Source: an uncultured Chitinophagaceae bacterium (lineage in GTDB: Bacteria; Bacteroidota; Bacteroidia; Chitinophagales; Chitinophagaceae). Taken from it: a DNA stretch of 64,000 bases. Under the pieces are notes generated by a model. That model was not told the origin of the DNA. It searched no databases and saw only the letters and a list, made by a program, of their open reading frames with translations. Every line of letters begins with the position of its first letter. Positions within the stretch are counted from its first letter, which is position 1. This document shows positions 27,023 to 38,108 of the stretch, piece by piece. Position numbers and translations under genes: made by a program. The DNA lies in the NCBI GenBank assembly GCA_963695165.1, contig CAVOGF010000004.1, forward strand, positions 304,326 through 368,325, given 5' to 3'.

Positions 27023-27829
27023 TTAAAACACCAATGAATACCCCCCGCCTTTTCTTTTTTGTTGCTGCATTTCGGTAAATTTAGTCATTTCCAACTGCAG
27101 TAATGTTGCATATTGTTTGTACATAAAATTCCTGAAGATGCTGATATTTTCTTCTTTGCGGGCGGCTTGCAAGGCTTCAAAATAATCAGCTTTGTCTTCT
27201 TTAAAAACAATTGCCATTGGCAGATTAAATAATTGCTGGATATAATTCATCAGCAACCTGGATGTTCTACCATTGCCATCATAAAATGGATGAATGCTGA
27301 CCAAATCAAAATGAGCATCAAAAGCCAGATCCAATTGTTCCGTTACAGTTTTTTTTTCAGACAGTTTTAAATTTATGGTACTGCACAGACGACTTACAAG
27401 ATTTTCCACTTTATCATAATTTACAAAGTAAGCGTTGCCCGCACTAACATTGCCCTTCCTAAACACTCCTTTTGATGCATCCAGTTCTCCAAAAACGGTT
27501 TGATAAACTGAACCGGTCTGCTTCATTACCTGCGCATTAATGGATTGAATAAATGCAGGTGTAATAATTTGCTTTTGCTTTGCAGCATTGATGATAAAAA
27601 TCAACGCATTAAAATGGTCCTGCACCATCAGGCTATGTAATAATGGTTTTCCCTTTGGGGTAATGCCTTCATCCAGCAACAACCGGGTTTCAACTTCAGT
27701 CAGCGTACTACCTTCAATAGTAACAGAATGATGAACAATTGAATACTGGTTGAACTTATCGAAATCTATATTTTGCGATAAATCCATTGCTTTGTATTGC
27801 TGTATCAGAAATTCAATACTGTCCACCAT
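27023..27829 (-). CDS. Fic family protein (class II, N-terminal inhibitory motif)
   Basis: Fic motif HPFYDGNGRTSRLL, and SVTIEGS matching the [ST]xxxE[GN] inhibitory-helix motif near the N-terminus. Confidence 0.88.
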   Translation of the reverse strand: MVDSIEFLIQQYKAMDLSQNIDFDKFNQYSIVHHSVTIEGSTLTEVETRLLLDEGITPKGKPLLHSLMVQDHFNALIFIINAAKQKQIITPAFIQSINAQVMKQTGSVYQTVFGELDASKGVFRKGNVSAGNAYFVNYDKVENLVSRLCSTINLKLSEKKTVTEQLDLAFDAHFDLVSIHPFYDGNGRTSRLLMNYIQQLFNLPMAIVFKEDKADYFEALQAARKEENISIFRNFMYKQYATLLQLEMTKFTEMQQQKRKGGGYSLVF

Positions 27830-27910
27830 TCAACATTGTGAGGTTTTGTTTTTCAAAGATAATACATTCACAAAGCCTGTAAGAAACATCATTTACAGGA
27901 AATACCTCTG

Positions 27911-28066
27911 ATGGTTGGTGGTTGATGGTTGATGGTTGGTGGTTGGTGGTTGATGTCTAACAACTTATACTCATACCTCATACCTCATACCTGACCTCAT
28001 ACCTCATACCTCATACCTCATACCTCATACCTCATACCTGATACCTCATACCTCATACCTCACACC
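27911..28066. repeat. two adjacent short-period repeat tracts (GGTTGGTGGTTGATG, then CATACCTCA x ~10)
   Basis: atggttggtggttgatggttgatggttggtggttggtggttgatg ... catacctcatacctcatacctgacctcatacctcatacctca... Confidence 0.9.
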
Positions 28067-28413
28067 TAAGTCCCCGCTATCAACCCCAAATGATTTCCAA
28101 ACGGATCTTCTACTATAGCCACTTCAATGGTACCACCCACATTTCGTACAGGTGATATTAATTTCGCCCCCTTAGCAATGCTTTCGTTTACCGTTTTCTG
28201 AATATCATCCACCGCCCAATATGCAATTACATGATTCCCTTTTTCAACACCTGACATATCCGGATCAAGCCCCAATTCGTATCCGTTAATATCAAAACCC
28301 ACATAAAAAGGTTCATCAAAATAAGGCGTTATGCCGGTTAATTGCTGATACCAGTCTTTTGCCTTTGCAATATCATTTACATGATAAATAACTGTGCGTA
28401 ATTTCTTGAACAT
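28066..28413 (-). CDS. VOC (glyoxalase/bleomycin-resistance) family protein
   Basis: The 115-aa protein has the pattern ...VIYHVNDIAKAKDWY...GYELGLDP...GTIEVAIVEDPFGNHLGLI, typical of single-domain VOC proteins. Confidence 0.75.
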   Translation of the reverse strand: MFKKLRTVIYHVNDIAKAKDWYQQLTGITPYFDEPFYVGFDINGYELGLDPDMSGVEKGNHVIAYWAVDDIQKTVNESIAKGAKLISPVRNVGGTIEVAIVEDPFGNHLGLIAGT

Positions 28414-28676
28414 ATTTATTGTTTTTTGCTTGTTAAAAATAGGCTGTCAGCTTTGAGCCATGAGCTATCAGCTTAAGAAACATATCCATAGAATTATCAA
28501 TCGGCGCCTCCTGTTCCATCACTCACTAACCAAGGCTAAATTTACAGATAAAGTCATTGTTATTCTATAACTAAAGCGTTATTCGTCGACTGAAACTGAT
28601 ACCAGAAAAATTTTAACCACCCGGTTCCTACAATATGATATTCCTTCGGAAGCACTACCTGCCCTATGAAATCATA

Positions 28677-30200
28677 TCAGTCACCGGAAGTTTTTCCTGC
28701 TTTCAATTCCTTTTCTATTCTTTCATTAATATTGATTTTGGCATCGATAAAACAAAAAATCGTTGTTCCATATTCTCTTGCATATTTATTAGTAATCGAG
28801 TCTGCTATAATTGAATGTCGAAAATAAGGCGAAGTTTCTTTCATCTCCGTTTCTCTTTCCCAGGCATTTTTAACCCGGATTAAGTTATAATACTTTGTGT
28901 CTAAATCAAACCAGTTGATATAATCTGCATTGAATGATACAGCACGAATACCGTGCTTAGAATAATAGTTGATTGCTCCTGCTTGTCCATAGTTATCGCA
29001 CAATACCAAAGTATGTTGCGGATTCGGAATTTTCAGATAAATACTATCCACTTTTCCGGCTAACTCTTTCCAGCCCAACATGTCTGCAAAATCCTGCGGT
29101 AATGGATGCTCTTTTCCGTCCTCCCAGGTCAGCATTCCAAACTTCCTGTATTTCTCCGGATGATTTACAAAATATTGCGGGCTTTTGTTGGGGAAAGCAA
29201 TATTGTAAACAGGAATAAAAAAAACAACAGGTAAGATGATTAGTATAGGTTTTATAATTCTTCCAGTCTTGTTTTCCAATAATGTCGAAATATAAACAGC
29301 ACCAAAAGCAAAATATACCGGATAGAGACCGATTGTATAATAATCTTTAGCTTTTAACAGCAGGAAAACTCCTATGGTGATAAAGAATAACCAAAAGAAT
29401 AACCGGTATTGCTTAAACGCTTGATGTTTTAATAAAGCATAAAGTCCAAGAATTAAAACAAGAAAAGTTCCCGGAAAAAACAGGAATTGAGAACGAATGA
29501 AATGCCACCTATTTACATTTACAAGTTGGGTTTCTGACAGTTCATTAAGATGATGGATTACGGGGAAATTATTGTTGAATTGCCAAATTAAATTCGGAAG
29601 GATCAGTAATAATGCCAATGCAATTCCATAATATAATTTTCTGTGTGTAAATATTTTTCTTTCACGTGTTAAAAGTATTGCGGGAATAATTCCTAAAACC
29701 AGGAAAGCGATGTTGTACTTGTTCAGGAAGCCCAATGCAAATGTTATTGCAATAGCATATATCCATTTTGTTTCGTTGGTATTTAAATATCTTATGAAGA
29801 AATAACAAAACGAAGTCCAGCAAAGCACATCCAATGAATTGGGTTGGTACAAGGCATTTAACCGAAATAGAATGGAGAAAGTAATACAACTTGCTCCAAA
29901 GATTAAAGCAAAAAGGTTTCCTTTCAATTCTTCGATCGTTTTCCATACAACGAGAATGGTTAATGCTCCAAAAAATGACGGAAAGAATTTAATCCAAAAT
30001 ATAGAATTGCCTAACATTTTAATGATATATGAAATCCAGGAAGTGACTGGCGGAACAGATAAATATCCCCAGGCCAAATGGTTTGCCTGATCCAGGTGTA
30101 AAAATTCATCTCTTTGCAATTCGTATTCAGGACTGATCAGCGAATATTGGATTAAAAATTTAAGAATGATAAAGCAGATAAGAATGATTGATTTTTTCAT
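28677..30200 (-). CDS. ArnT/PMT-like glycosyltransferase (GT39/GT83-type, membrane)
   Basis: 507 aa with many TM segments. The N-terminal loop RDEFLHLDQANHLAWGY is typical of dolichyl/undecaprenyl-phosphate-sugar-dependent transferases. Confidence 0.75.
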   Translation of the reverse strand: MKKSIILICFIILKFLIQYSLISPEYELQRDEFLHLDQANHLAWGYLSVPPVTSWISYIIKMLGNSIFWIKFFPSFFGALTILVVWKTIEELKGNLFALIFGASCITFSILFRLNALYQPNSLDVLCWTSFCYFFIRYLNTNETKWIYAIAITFALGFLNKYNIAFLVLGIIPAILLTRERKIFTHRKLYYGIALALLLILPNLIWQFNNNFPVIHHLNELSETQLVNVNRWHFIRSQFLFFPGTFLVLILGLYALLKHQAFKQYRLFFWLFFITIGVFLLLKAKDYYTIGLYPVYFAFGAVYISTLLENKTGRIIKPILIILPVVFFIPVYNIAFPNKSPQYFVNHPEKYRKFGMLTWEDGKEHPLPQDFADMLGWKELAGKVDSIYLKIPNPQHTLVLCDNYGQAGAINYYSKHGIRAVSFNADYINWFDLDTKYYNLIRVKNAWERETEMKETSPYFRHSIIADSITNKYAREYGTTIFCFIDAKININERIEKELKAGKTSGD

Positions 30201-30459
30201 ATGTTTTTTCTAAAGAAGACTGGTTTAAAACCATTTTGTTACATTTTACAAAATTTACTTTTCGGTAACAGTTCTGGGTGGCAGTGATGTGGCACTCCAT
30301 AAAAAAATCCGTAAGCCGAATGTAATACAAAAGTAATTCAAGACCTATAAACGGTTTTATAATATCAACTCTTTTTACAAGGGCTATCAAAACCTTATAG
30401 AATTGTTTTCTTTAAAATAAAATTTTTATCCATCTTATCAACCATTATTTTTGCATCGA

Positions 30460-30640
30460 ATTTGGTTTCTCCGCCTCAGGCGAAGAATTAAAAGGGAAGA
30501 CCGGTGTAAGTCCGGCACTATCCCCGTAGCTGTAAATGATACCTTTTAAAAAAAGGAACATCTTAAAAAAAATAGTCACTGTCTGTAAAGGATGGGAAGG
30601 CTTTAAGATGCATCATAAGTCAGAAGACCTGCCCGGTTCC
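30460..30640 (+). promoter_or_regulatory. cobalamin (B12) riboswitch
   Basis: Conserved core TTAAAAGGGAAGACCGGTGTAAGTCCGGCAC (~30488-30518), CCCCGTAGCTGTAA, and a B12-box-like AGTCAGAAGACCTGCC (30618-30633). It lies directly upstream of a TonB-dependent receptor gene. Confidence 0.85.
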
Positions 30641-30766
30641 ATTATTTAATCGCTGAGCTTTCGGGTGAAAAGCCGGAGATGTAATTTGTCTTACTGCAGA
30701 AGGCTTATTTCATTTCTACTATTTTCATTGGAAGCTCACTCCTACAATCACATTTTAAACCGGAAG

Positions 30767-32651
30767 ATGAGCATGAAGAAAATTATTTACAGTTTATTAG
30801 CCCTCAGTTTTTCATACGCAGTATCAGCGCAGGATTCCACACAAAACAATTATCTCGAACAGGTAGTGGTAACAGCCACAAAATACCCTGTAAAACTGCG
30901 GCAAACTGCCAGGCTCGTAACCATTATTACGCAGGAACAAATAGAAAAAAGCGGCGGCAAAGATTTAGCCCAACTGTTGAACGAGCAGGCCGGAATTGTT
31001 GTCAGTGGCGCCAACAGCAATTCTGGAAAAGACAAGGCCGTTTACATCCGCGGCGCTAAAAATGATTATACATTAATACTGATTGATGGCGTTCCCGTGG
31101 CGGATCCTTCCGGTGTTGGCGGCGCTTTCGACATCAGGCTTCTGCCATTAGAAGGCATTGAAAGAATTGAAATACTTAAAGGAAGTCAATCTACTTTATA
31201 TGGTTCTGATGCGGTGGCAGGGGTGATTAATATCATCACCAAAACAAGCGGCAATAAAAAGATCGCATTGGCCGGCGGAGCATCGTATGGAAGTTATAAT
31301 TCCTTCAATGGAAATGCAGGTATCAACGGTCATACTTCCATTGTAGATTACAACTTTAATTACAATTATGCAGCAACAGATGGTATTTCAGAAGCAACCG
31401 ATACCACGGGTAAGGGAAATTTTGATAAAGACGGTTTTATCAAACAATCTTTCAATGGATCCTTGTCATTTAAAGCCGGGGAAAAATTAAAGATCTCACC
31501 TTATTACCGTTATTCTTATTATAAAGGCGATTTTGATGCGGATGCTTTTACCGATGGCAATAACAAGTTTGATTACCTGCTCAACAATACCGGCGCCATT
31601 GCAACTTATCAATTACCCAAAGGAAGCATTACAGCCAATTACGGTTATTCTTTTGCAAAAAGAAACTACACCGACGATTATGGCAGCTATGGATTCAGGG
31701 GACGCTTTCAAACAGGTGATTTATACATGAATCAAAAGCTGAATGACCAGGTGCAATTATTAGCCGGCGTCAATCTGCAAAGCTATCGTTTGCTGGATAC
31801 TACCTTGGAGAAAAAAAATCCTGAAACATCCATTGTCAGCCCTTATGTATCTTTTTTAATCAATAGTGGCAATGGCGTAATGATGGAAATCGGAAGCCGG
31901 TACAACCATCATTCCCGCTTTGGAAGTTATTTTACTTATGATGTCAACAGCGCATACCAGCTCAATGAAAAGATCAGGTTCTTTGCGCATGTTTCCACAG
32001 GATTTAAAGCGCCTTCGGTAAGCCAGTTATTCGGCTCTTACGGGGCCAATCCCGATCTGAAACCGGAAAAATCAACCAGCCTGGAAGCCGGAGTACAAAC
32101 AAACTTCCCGGACAATAAATTAACATCTGACGGCTACGGCATTCAACCGCGAAATCAAAGACCTGATCGCTTATATCGGCAATTACCTGGTAAATGTGGA
32201 TTTCCAGCAGGATAAAGGCATAGAACTGGAAGCCATTTTTAAACCCAACAGCAAATGGAATTTTAATGGCTCCTACACTTATTTAACCGGCGTTATTCAA
32301 CAAACAAGAAATGGAAAAGACACCAGCTATTTCAACCTGATCCGCCGTCCTAAAAATGCAATAACAGCTATGGTAGGTTACCAGGTTACCAATAAATTTT
32401 ATATCAGCGCCACATTCCAGAGCTTTGGCAACCGAACCGACCTGTTTTTTGCGCCTCCTACTTATAAATCAACAGAGGTGGATTTAAAAGCTTATGCTTT
32501 ACTGAATGTTTATGCAGAATATAAACTATGCAAAAACAGGATCAATTTATTCGCGGATGTGAAAAACCTTACTAACAGTTCGTACACCGAAGTGTATGGT
32601 TTTAATACACTGGGAACTAATATAAACGCAGGTATCCGTTTCAAACTATAA
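30767..32651 (+). pseudogene. TonB-dependent receptor (BtuB-like), frameshifted
   Basis: The ATG at 30767 gives MSMKKIIYSLLALSFSYAVSAQ, followed by a plug domain (VVVTATK...). ORFs 30665-32215 and 32196-32651 lie in different frames. Near 32120-32130 the second frame reads LTATAFNREIKDLIAYIGNYLVNVDFQQDKGIELEA. The C-terminus ends ...GIRFKL. Confidence 0.82.
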
Positions 32652-32786
32652 ACTGGTCAATTATATCATTTTAGTTATTGAGCACTTAAGTTATTCATAG
32701 GCCTTAGTATTAATTATTTAAAAGCTATTATAACCTGAACAATACCCCAATGACTAAATTGACTATGAATGCCGCTGCGATTTTAT

Positions 32787-32834
32787 AACCAATTTATCTG
32801 AAGCTTTTTTGAAAAAAATTCAGATAAATTGGTT
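32787..32834 (+). terminator. 16-bp perfect hairpin downstream of the receptor gene
   Basis: aaccaatttatctgaa ... ttcagataaattggtt, followed by gttttt. Confidence 0.55.
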
Positions 32835-32910
32835 GTTTTTAAATAGAATAGAAGGTATTAACAAAACAATACTTTCAAAAATGAAGCTATGGATCAAATG
32901 ATATTTAGTT

Positions 32911-33354
32911 TTGCGCCCAGTGAAAAAAAGATCAAAAAATATAATTGGTTATTTGGGTAAATTTTTCTCTAACGGAAAAGTTCTGCCTCTTTTTTTGATC
33001 TTTGCTTTTTTAGTAACAAGTTCTTGCCCGGTTAAAAAATTAATCCAGGGATTATCAGACATCCCCGCAACTCAAAATTCCGGAGGAAAATTAAAAGAAA
33101 AAAACACTTCCAATGTACATTACGCATCAATGCCATGTACAATTAATAAATCCCGGGAGGATGTTATTGTTTCCGGATCTTTTAATAATCAAAACCATCA
33201 AATACAGGATGATTTTTTAATCATCACCGGTAGTTCAATCCCATATTATCTGAGTTTCATTAAAGATGATGTGACTGCATTATCAGTTACTGAACCCGGT
33301 TTTGCTGCGCAGCAATTACCTTTATTTCTTGCCCATAGAAAGCTGCTTATTTAA
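32911..33354 (+). CDS. hypothetical membrane-anchored protein
   Basis: The ORF has only a non-ATG start. It has one hydrophobic segment (VLPLFLIFAFLVTSS) and lies upstream of the OMF-RND-MFP operon. No motif is recognised. Confidence 0.3.
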   Translation: MRPVKKRSKNIIGYLGKFFSNGKVLPLFLIFAFLVTSSCPVKKLIQGLSDIPATQNSGGKLKEKNTSNVHYASMPCTINKSREDVIVSGSFNNQNHQIQDDFLIITGSSIPYYLSFIKDDVTALSVTEPGFAAQQLPLFLAHRKLLI

Positions 33355-33469
33355 TACCATCTCTCCTGATCCGCGAATCTTTTAGCGGAATTATCTCATT
33401 CTAACCTCAATTTTTTCAGCTAAACGTACATAACGTCTAAGCCGCAATCTATTCATTTAATTCTATCGA

Positions 33470-34858
33470 ATGAAGAAGCAATTATTATTTGTCGCAGGTA
33501 TATTATGCCTGATGCAAACTTATTCCCTTCGGGCGCAGCCAACACAATTATCACTGGAACAAGTATGGCAGAAAGTATGGAACAATTATCCATCACTTTC
33601 TTCAAAAAAATCTTTAGTGGAAGAAAAATATCATCAGAAAGAATTGGTTAAGAGAACTCAATTCCCTGATGTGCAGGTACAGGCGCAAAAGAGTTATGGC
33701 AGTTACCAGGGTATTTCAGGAGCATTTTTTCCGCAGCCCGGAAGTTTTAACGTAAATGGAAATAATAAGACTTCTGCTCAACAACCGTCTTCTGTATTTA
33801 ATGTTTATGGTTCGGCAGTGTTTGATTGGAAATTTATTCAATTTGGCAAAATAAAAAATCAAATTGCTGCAGCAGATCATCAGCTTTTACAGGCGAATGC
33901 ATCTTATGATTATGAGAAAGTAATACTGCAGGCGAAAAGCACTGAACAGTATTTTGATATCCTGTTTTATCAGGCTTATCTATCATTAAAAAAGAAAGAT
34001 ATTGAACGGTTGAAAGAACTTTTTTTACTGTCCAAAAACCAGGCGGATGCAGGCTTGCATCCGGGCGCTGATTCCTTATTATCCAAATCGGCTTACCTGC
34101 ATGCCAAAGGAGAAATGAATGACCAGGAAGCCCGGTTAAAAACTGCAGTTATTGAACTCGCTTCATTGATGGGATTGGATACATCAAAAATTATTTTGGA
34201 AGAAGCTAATTATCGCATGGATCAGTCGGAAATCCTGTTCATACCGATAGCATTTTTACCCACCCTTATCTTCAATATTTACAACAGGAAACAAACTACA
34301 ATAAATCTATGCTTGAAGTGGCCAAACGTGAACCACTTCCATCTATTAGCTTACTTGCCGGTGTGGGTACTACGCGGATCGGGAATCAGCGGTGAAGGAT
34401 TGGTAAACAAAATCAAGATAAATGCACCCTGGCAAAACAATGTTGGCAGCTACCTTGCTGGCATAGGCCTTACCTGGAATCTTTCATCTTTATACAACAA
34501 TAAATCCAGGCAACAAAAGATAGCAAGTAAGGTTGCGTCGGCAGAAGCAGATTTGCAAACAGCAAAATTACAATTACAGGCTGGTTATCAGTCGGCAATT
34601 ACAAGCTTATACCATCAACAGTTGAAACTAAATGAAGAAAAGCAATCCTATGCAGCCGTTCTGGAAGCCTATGATCTTTACCTGGAAAGGTATAAGAGTG
34701 GTTTGACTAATATGGTGGAGATCTTACAATTACAAAAGGAAATACAGGCTTCCGAAAGATCTGTTATTATGGCTACCAGTCAATATTGGAATGAGCTGAT
34801 CCAGCAAAGTATCGCGGTTGGTGATTTCAGGATTTTACAACAACAATTTTCAAATTAA
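33470..34858 (+). CDS. TolC-like outer membrane efflux protein (open ORF but with an apparently out-of-frame internal segment)
   Basis: Signal peptide and OEP-like halves. Between ~34200 and ~34385 a different frame reads ...THPYLQYLQQETNYNKSMLEVAKREPLPSISLLAGVGTT, which looks far more TolC-like than the in-frame text. Confidence 0.7.
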   Translation: MKKQLLFVAGILCLMQTYSLRAQPTQLSLEQVWQKVWNNYPSLSSKKSLVEEKYHQKELVKRTQFPDVQVQAQKSYGSYQGISGAFFPQPGSFNVNGNNKTSAQQPSSVFNVYGSAVFDWKFIQFGKIKNQIAAADHQLLQANASYDYEKVILQAKSTEQYFDILFYQAYLSLKKKDIERLKELFLLSKNQADAGLHPGADSLLSKSAYLHAKGEMNDQEARLKTAVIELASLMGLDTSKIILEEANYRMDQSEILFIPIAFLPTLIFNIYNRKQTTINLCLKWPNVNHFHLLAYLPVWVLRGSGISGEGLVNKIKINAPWQNNVGSYLAGIGLTWNLSSLYNNKSRQQKIASKVASAEADLQTAKLQLQAGYQSAITSLYHQQLKLNEEKQSYAAVLEAYDLYLERYKSGLTNMVEILQLQKEIQASERSVIMATSQYWNELIQQSIAVGDFRILQQQFSN

Positions 34859-34860
34859 GA

Positions 34861-34893
34861 TTTCACCTTTCATCTTTCACTTTTCACTTTCCC
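34861..34893. repeat. short-period repeat (reverse complement of GTGAAAG family)
   Basis: tttcacctttcatctttcacttttcactttccc lies between the OMF and RND genes. Confidence 0.8.
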
Positions 34894-34897
34894 ACTT

Positions 34898-37800
34898 ATG
34901 AATATGATCCGCTTTGCGCTCCGTCGTCCCATCGCCATCATGGTAGCAGTGATTGCAATAGGGTATTTTTCCTTTACTGTCATTAAAAAAATCAATGTTG
35001 ATATTTTTCCAAAAATAGAATCACCAGCCATTTACATCGCTATGCCTTATGGAGGTTTAACGCCTTCCTATATGGATGGATTTATGGCCAATGAATTTCA
35101 AAAAGTACTCATTTTTGTTAGTGGAATTCAAAATATTGAATTTAAAAGTATCCAGGGTTTTACCCTCATGAAACTGAGTTTTTTTCCCGGTACTGATATG
35201 GCTCAAAGTGCCGCTGAAACTGCAACACAGGTTTCAAGGGCAATGGGATTTTTGCCACCCGGCGCCGTACCGCCCCAGGTGGTTCGTTTTGATGGAAGCG
35301 CTTTACCCATCGGCCAGTTGGTTTTTAATAGTGCCACCCGCTCGATCAGTGAAATACAAAACCTCGTGCAAACAAAAATCCGACCAATGTTTGTAACCAT
35401 TCCGGGCATAACCGCGCCGGCGCCTTTTGGGGGAAATGTCCGTTCTATCGTCATACGCGCTAACCCGGACCTGATGCAGTCTTACGGATTTTCAGCAGAA
35501 GATATTATGGCTGCCATAGCAAGGAATAATTTGCCTTCTCCTGCGGGGAATATCCGTATTGGTGATGAAAACCTGATGAGCCCTGTAAACTCTATGGTTA
35601 GAGATACAGAGGAATTTCTAAATATCCCCGTGCAAACCGGTACAGGTCCGGCGGTTTTTATCAGAGACATTGCAACTGTGGAGGATGCCTCAGATATAAC
35701 CGTAGGCCATGCTCTTGTTAATGGCAAACGAACGGTGTATTTACCCGTCATAAAAAAAGCGGACGCTTCCACACTAGCGGTTGTAAAAAGCCTCAAAGCA
35801 TCGCTGCCCATGCTAAAAGAAACTCTGCCGGAAGATGTGGAAATAAATTATGTTTTTGATCAATCCGATTATATAAAAAGCGCCATACACAATCTTGTGA
35901 CAGAAGGATTGCTTGGCGCCATTTTAACCGGACTGATGGTACTGCTTTTCCTGCGGGATAAGCGCGGATCACTTATCGTAATACTTACCATACCAATCTC
36001 TATTTTAATTGCGGTAATGCTTTTGTATGCCTTTGGACAAACCATCAATATTATGACTTTAAGCGGCCTCGCACTTGCTATTGGCGTGCTGGTAGATGAA
36101 TCAACCGTAACCATCGAAAACATACACCAGCATTTTGAAAAAGGAAAGCCAAAAGCAAGGGCCATACTCGATGCCGTAAGGGAGATTTCCATTCCTAAAC
36201 TTTTGATCCTGCTTTGCATTTTAGCAGTATTAATACCATCTTTTATGATGACGGGAATCCCCCGGGACATGTTTTTACCATTATCCATGGCAGTGGGATT
36301 TGCCATGATCGCTTCGTTTATTTCTTCCCAAACTTTTGTTCCCGTATTGGCTAACTGGATCATGAAAAATAAACATCATGCAATGCCGGTTGTAAAAGGC
36401 AAATCCAAAGCATCCGCATTTGTAAGATTCAAAAGACGTTTTCTCATCCTAAGCCGTCATTTACAAAAAAGGACACGTTGGGTTTTAGGTATTTATATAA
36501 TTGGAGCAGTTTTAATGATTGCAATTGGTTTCAAATTGATCGGTACGGATATCATGCCTGCCAGTGGCGGTGGCGATATACAATTGCGCATTGTGGCCCC
36601 TGAAGGATCACGTATTGAAAAAACAGAACAATACCTGCACCAGGTTTTGGATATCATCACCAAAGAAACAGGTGAAAATGGTTTGAATATCAGCTCTGCT
36701 TATGTAGGCACCCAACCTTCGGGTACCGCCATCAATCCGATATTTCTTTTTACCAGTGGTTCGCATGAAGCGGTATTGCAGCTATCGGTAAATAAAAACA
36801 AATATCCTTATCCGGTAGATCAGTTAAAAGAAAATATCAGGAACACAATGAAAGAACAATTACCTGATCTTTCAATTTCTTTTGAACCCATTGAACTGGT
36901 AGAAAAAATAATGAGCCAGGGAGCCAATACTCCTGTACAAATACGCGTTGCTGCACCTCGTTTGCCACAGGCAGAAAATTACGCAAAAAAAATTCAAAAA
37001 GAATTGCAGGCATTTCCCTTTCTGAGGGATATAAGAATTGAAGAACCGCTTCATTATCCTTCTTTAAAAATTGAAGTGGACCGGGTTCGCGCCGCACAAT
37101 TCGGACTTACCATGCAGGATGTTACAAGAGCCCTTACTATGGCAACATCCTCTACCCGCTTTACCAATAAAAACCAATGGCTTGATCCGGTTTCAGGACT
37201 TATTTTCCAGGTACAGCTTCAGGTACCGGAAGCCGACATTCAATCGCTGGACAACCTGAAATCATTGCCTTTAAAATCCGGCCATACCAGACCTGTTTTG
37301 GAAGATGTAGCCGCGCTTTCCTTTAGCCATGAACCAGCCCAGATGAACAGGCAGGGCGCCAACCGGTTTGTGACAGTAGCGGCTAATTTGCATGGTACAG
37401 ATTTGGGATCGGCATGCAAAAGCTGTGCAAACAGCAATAAAGAAAGCAGGTGAAAAACCAAGAGGAACCATTGTATCTGTTCCGGGGCAATTGCAATTGT
37501 TGTCCGACACCTTATCAGGTTTACAAACCGGGCTTCTAGTAGCCATCGTTGTCATCTTTTTAATGCTGGCCGCATACTATCAATCCTTTGCTGTTTCAGG
37601 TATGATACTCGCCGTAGTACCTGCAGTTGCCGGAGGCAGCTTGCTCATGTTGCTTTTATGTGGCAGCACATTAAACCTTCAATCTTATATGGGCATAATA
37701 ATGTCCGTTGGTGTTTCCGTAGCCAATGCGGTTTTAATGATTGACCTGGCTGAAAAAAACAGGTTTGAAAATAAGTTGAATGCAACTACAGCCTCTATTC

Positions 37801-38045
37801 TTGCTGTTTCATCACGCCTGAGGCCGATTATCATGACCACACTTGCAATGATTGCGGGAATGCTACCAATTGCATCAGGACTCGGTGAAGGTGGCTCTCA
37901 GGTAGCGCCACTTGGACAGGCTGTAATAGGAGGATTGATATTATCCACTTTTACAACATTACTGGTATTGCCCAATTTATTTATACTGGTAAGAAAAAAT
38001 GCCGGATTTAAGGGCGTATCTCTTGATCCGGATGATCCTGAATAG
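34898..38045 (+). pseudogene. RND efflux permease (AcrB/CzcA superfamily), frameshifted
   Basis: ORFs 34898-37453 and 37392-38045 lie in different frames. The frames join near 37410-37420 (...ANLHGTDLGS / AKAVQTAIKKAGEKPRGT...). The combined length of ~1048 aa is typical of RND pumps. Confidence 0.85.
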
Positions 38046-38108
38046 CCGGTTTTCACATGAACAAAAACTTCATTCCTAAACATACAGAACTTCAATAAAC
38101 AACATGGT

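Noticed and set aside
549-28066. Short-period repeat tracts as CRISPR arrays
   Set aside because: The units are 6-17 nt and degenerate, with no 25-50-nt unique spacers between conserved repeats. No cas genes are present.
4844-36363. Long antisense ORFs inside large genes (for example 4844-5365, 7423-8037, 16369-16895, 35869-36363, 41315-41653)
   Set aside because: They overlap well-supported genes on the opposite strand and have compositionally odd, motif-free translations, as is typical of shadow ORFs.
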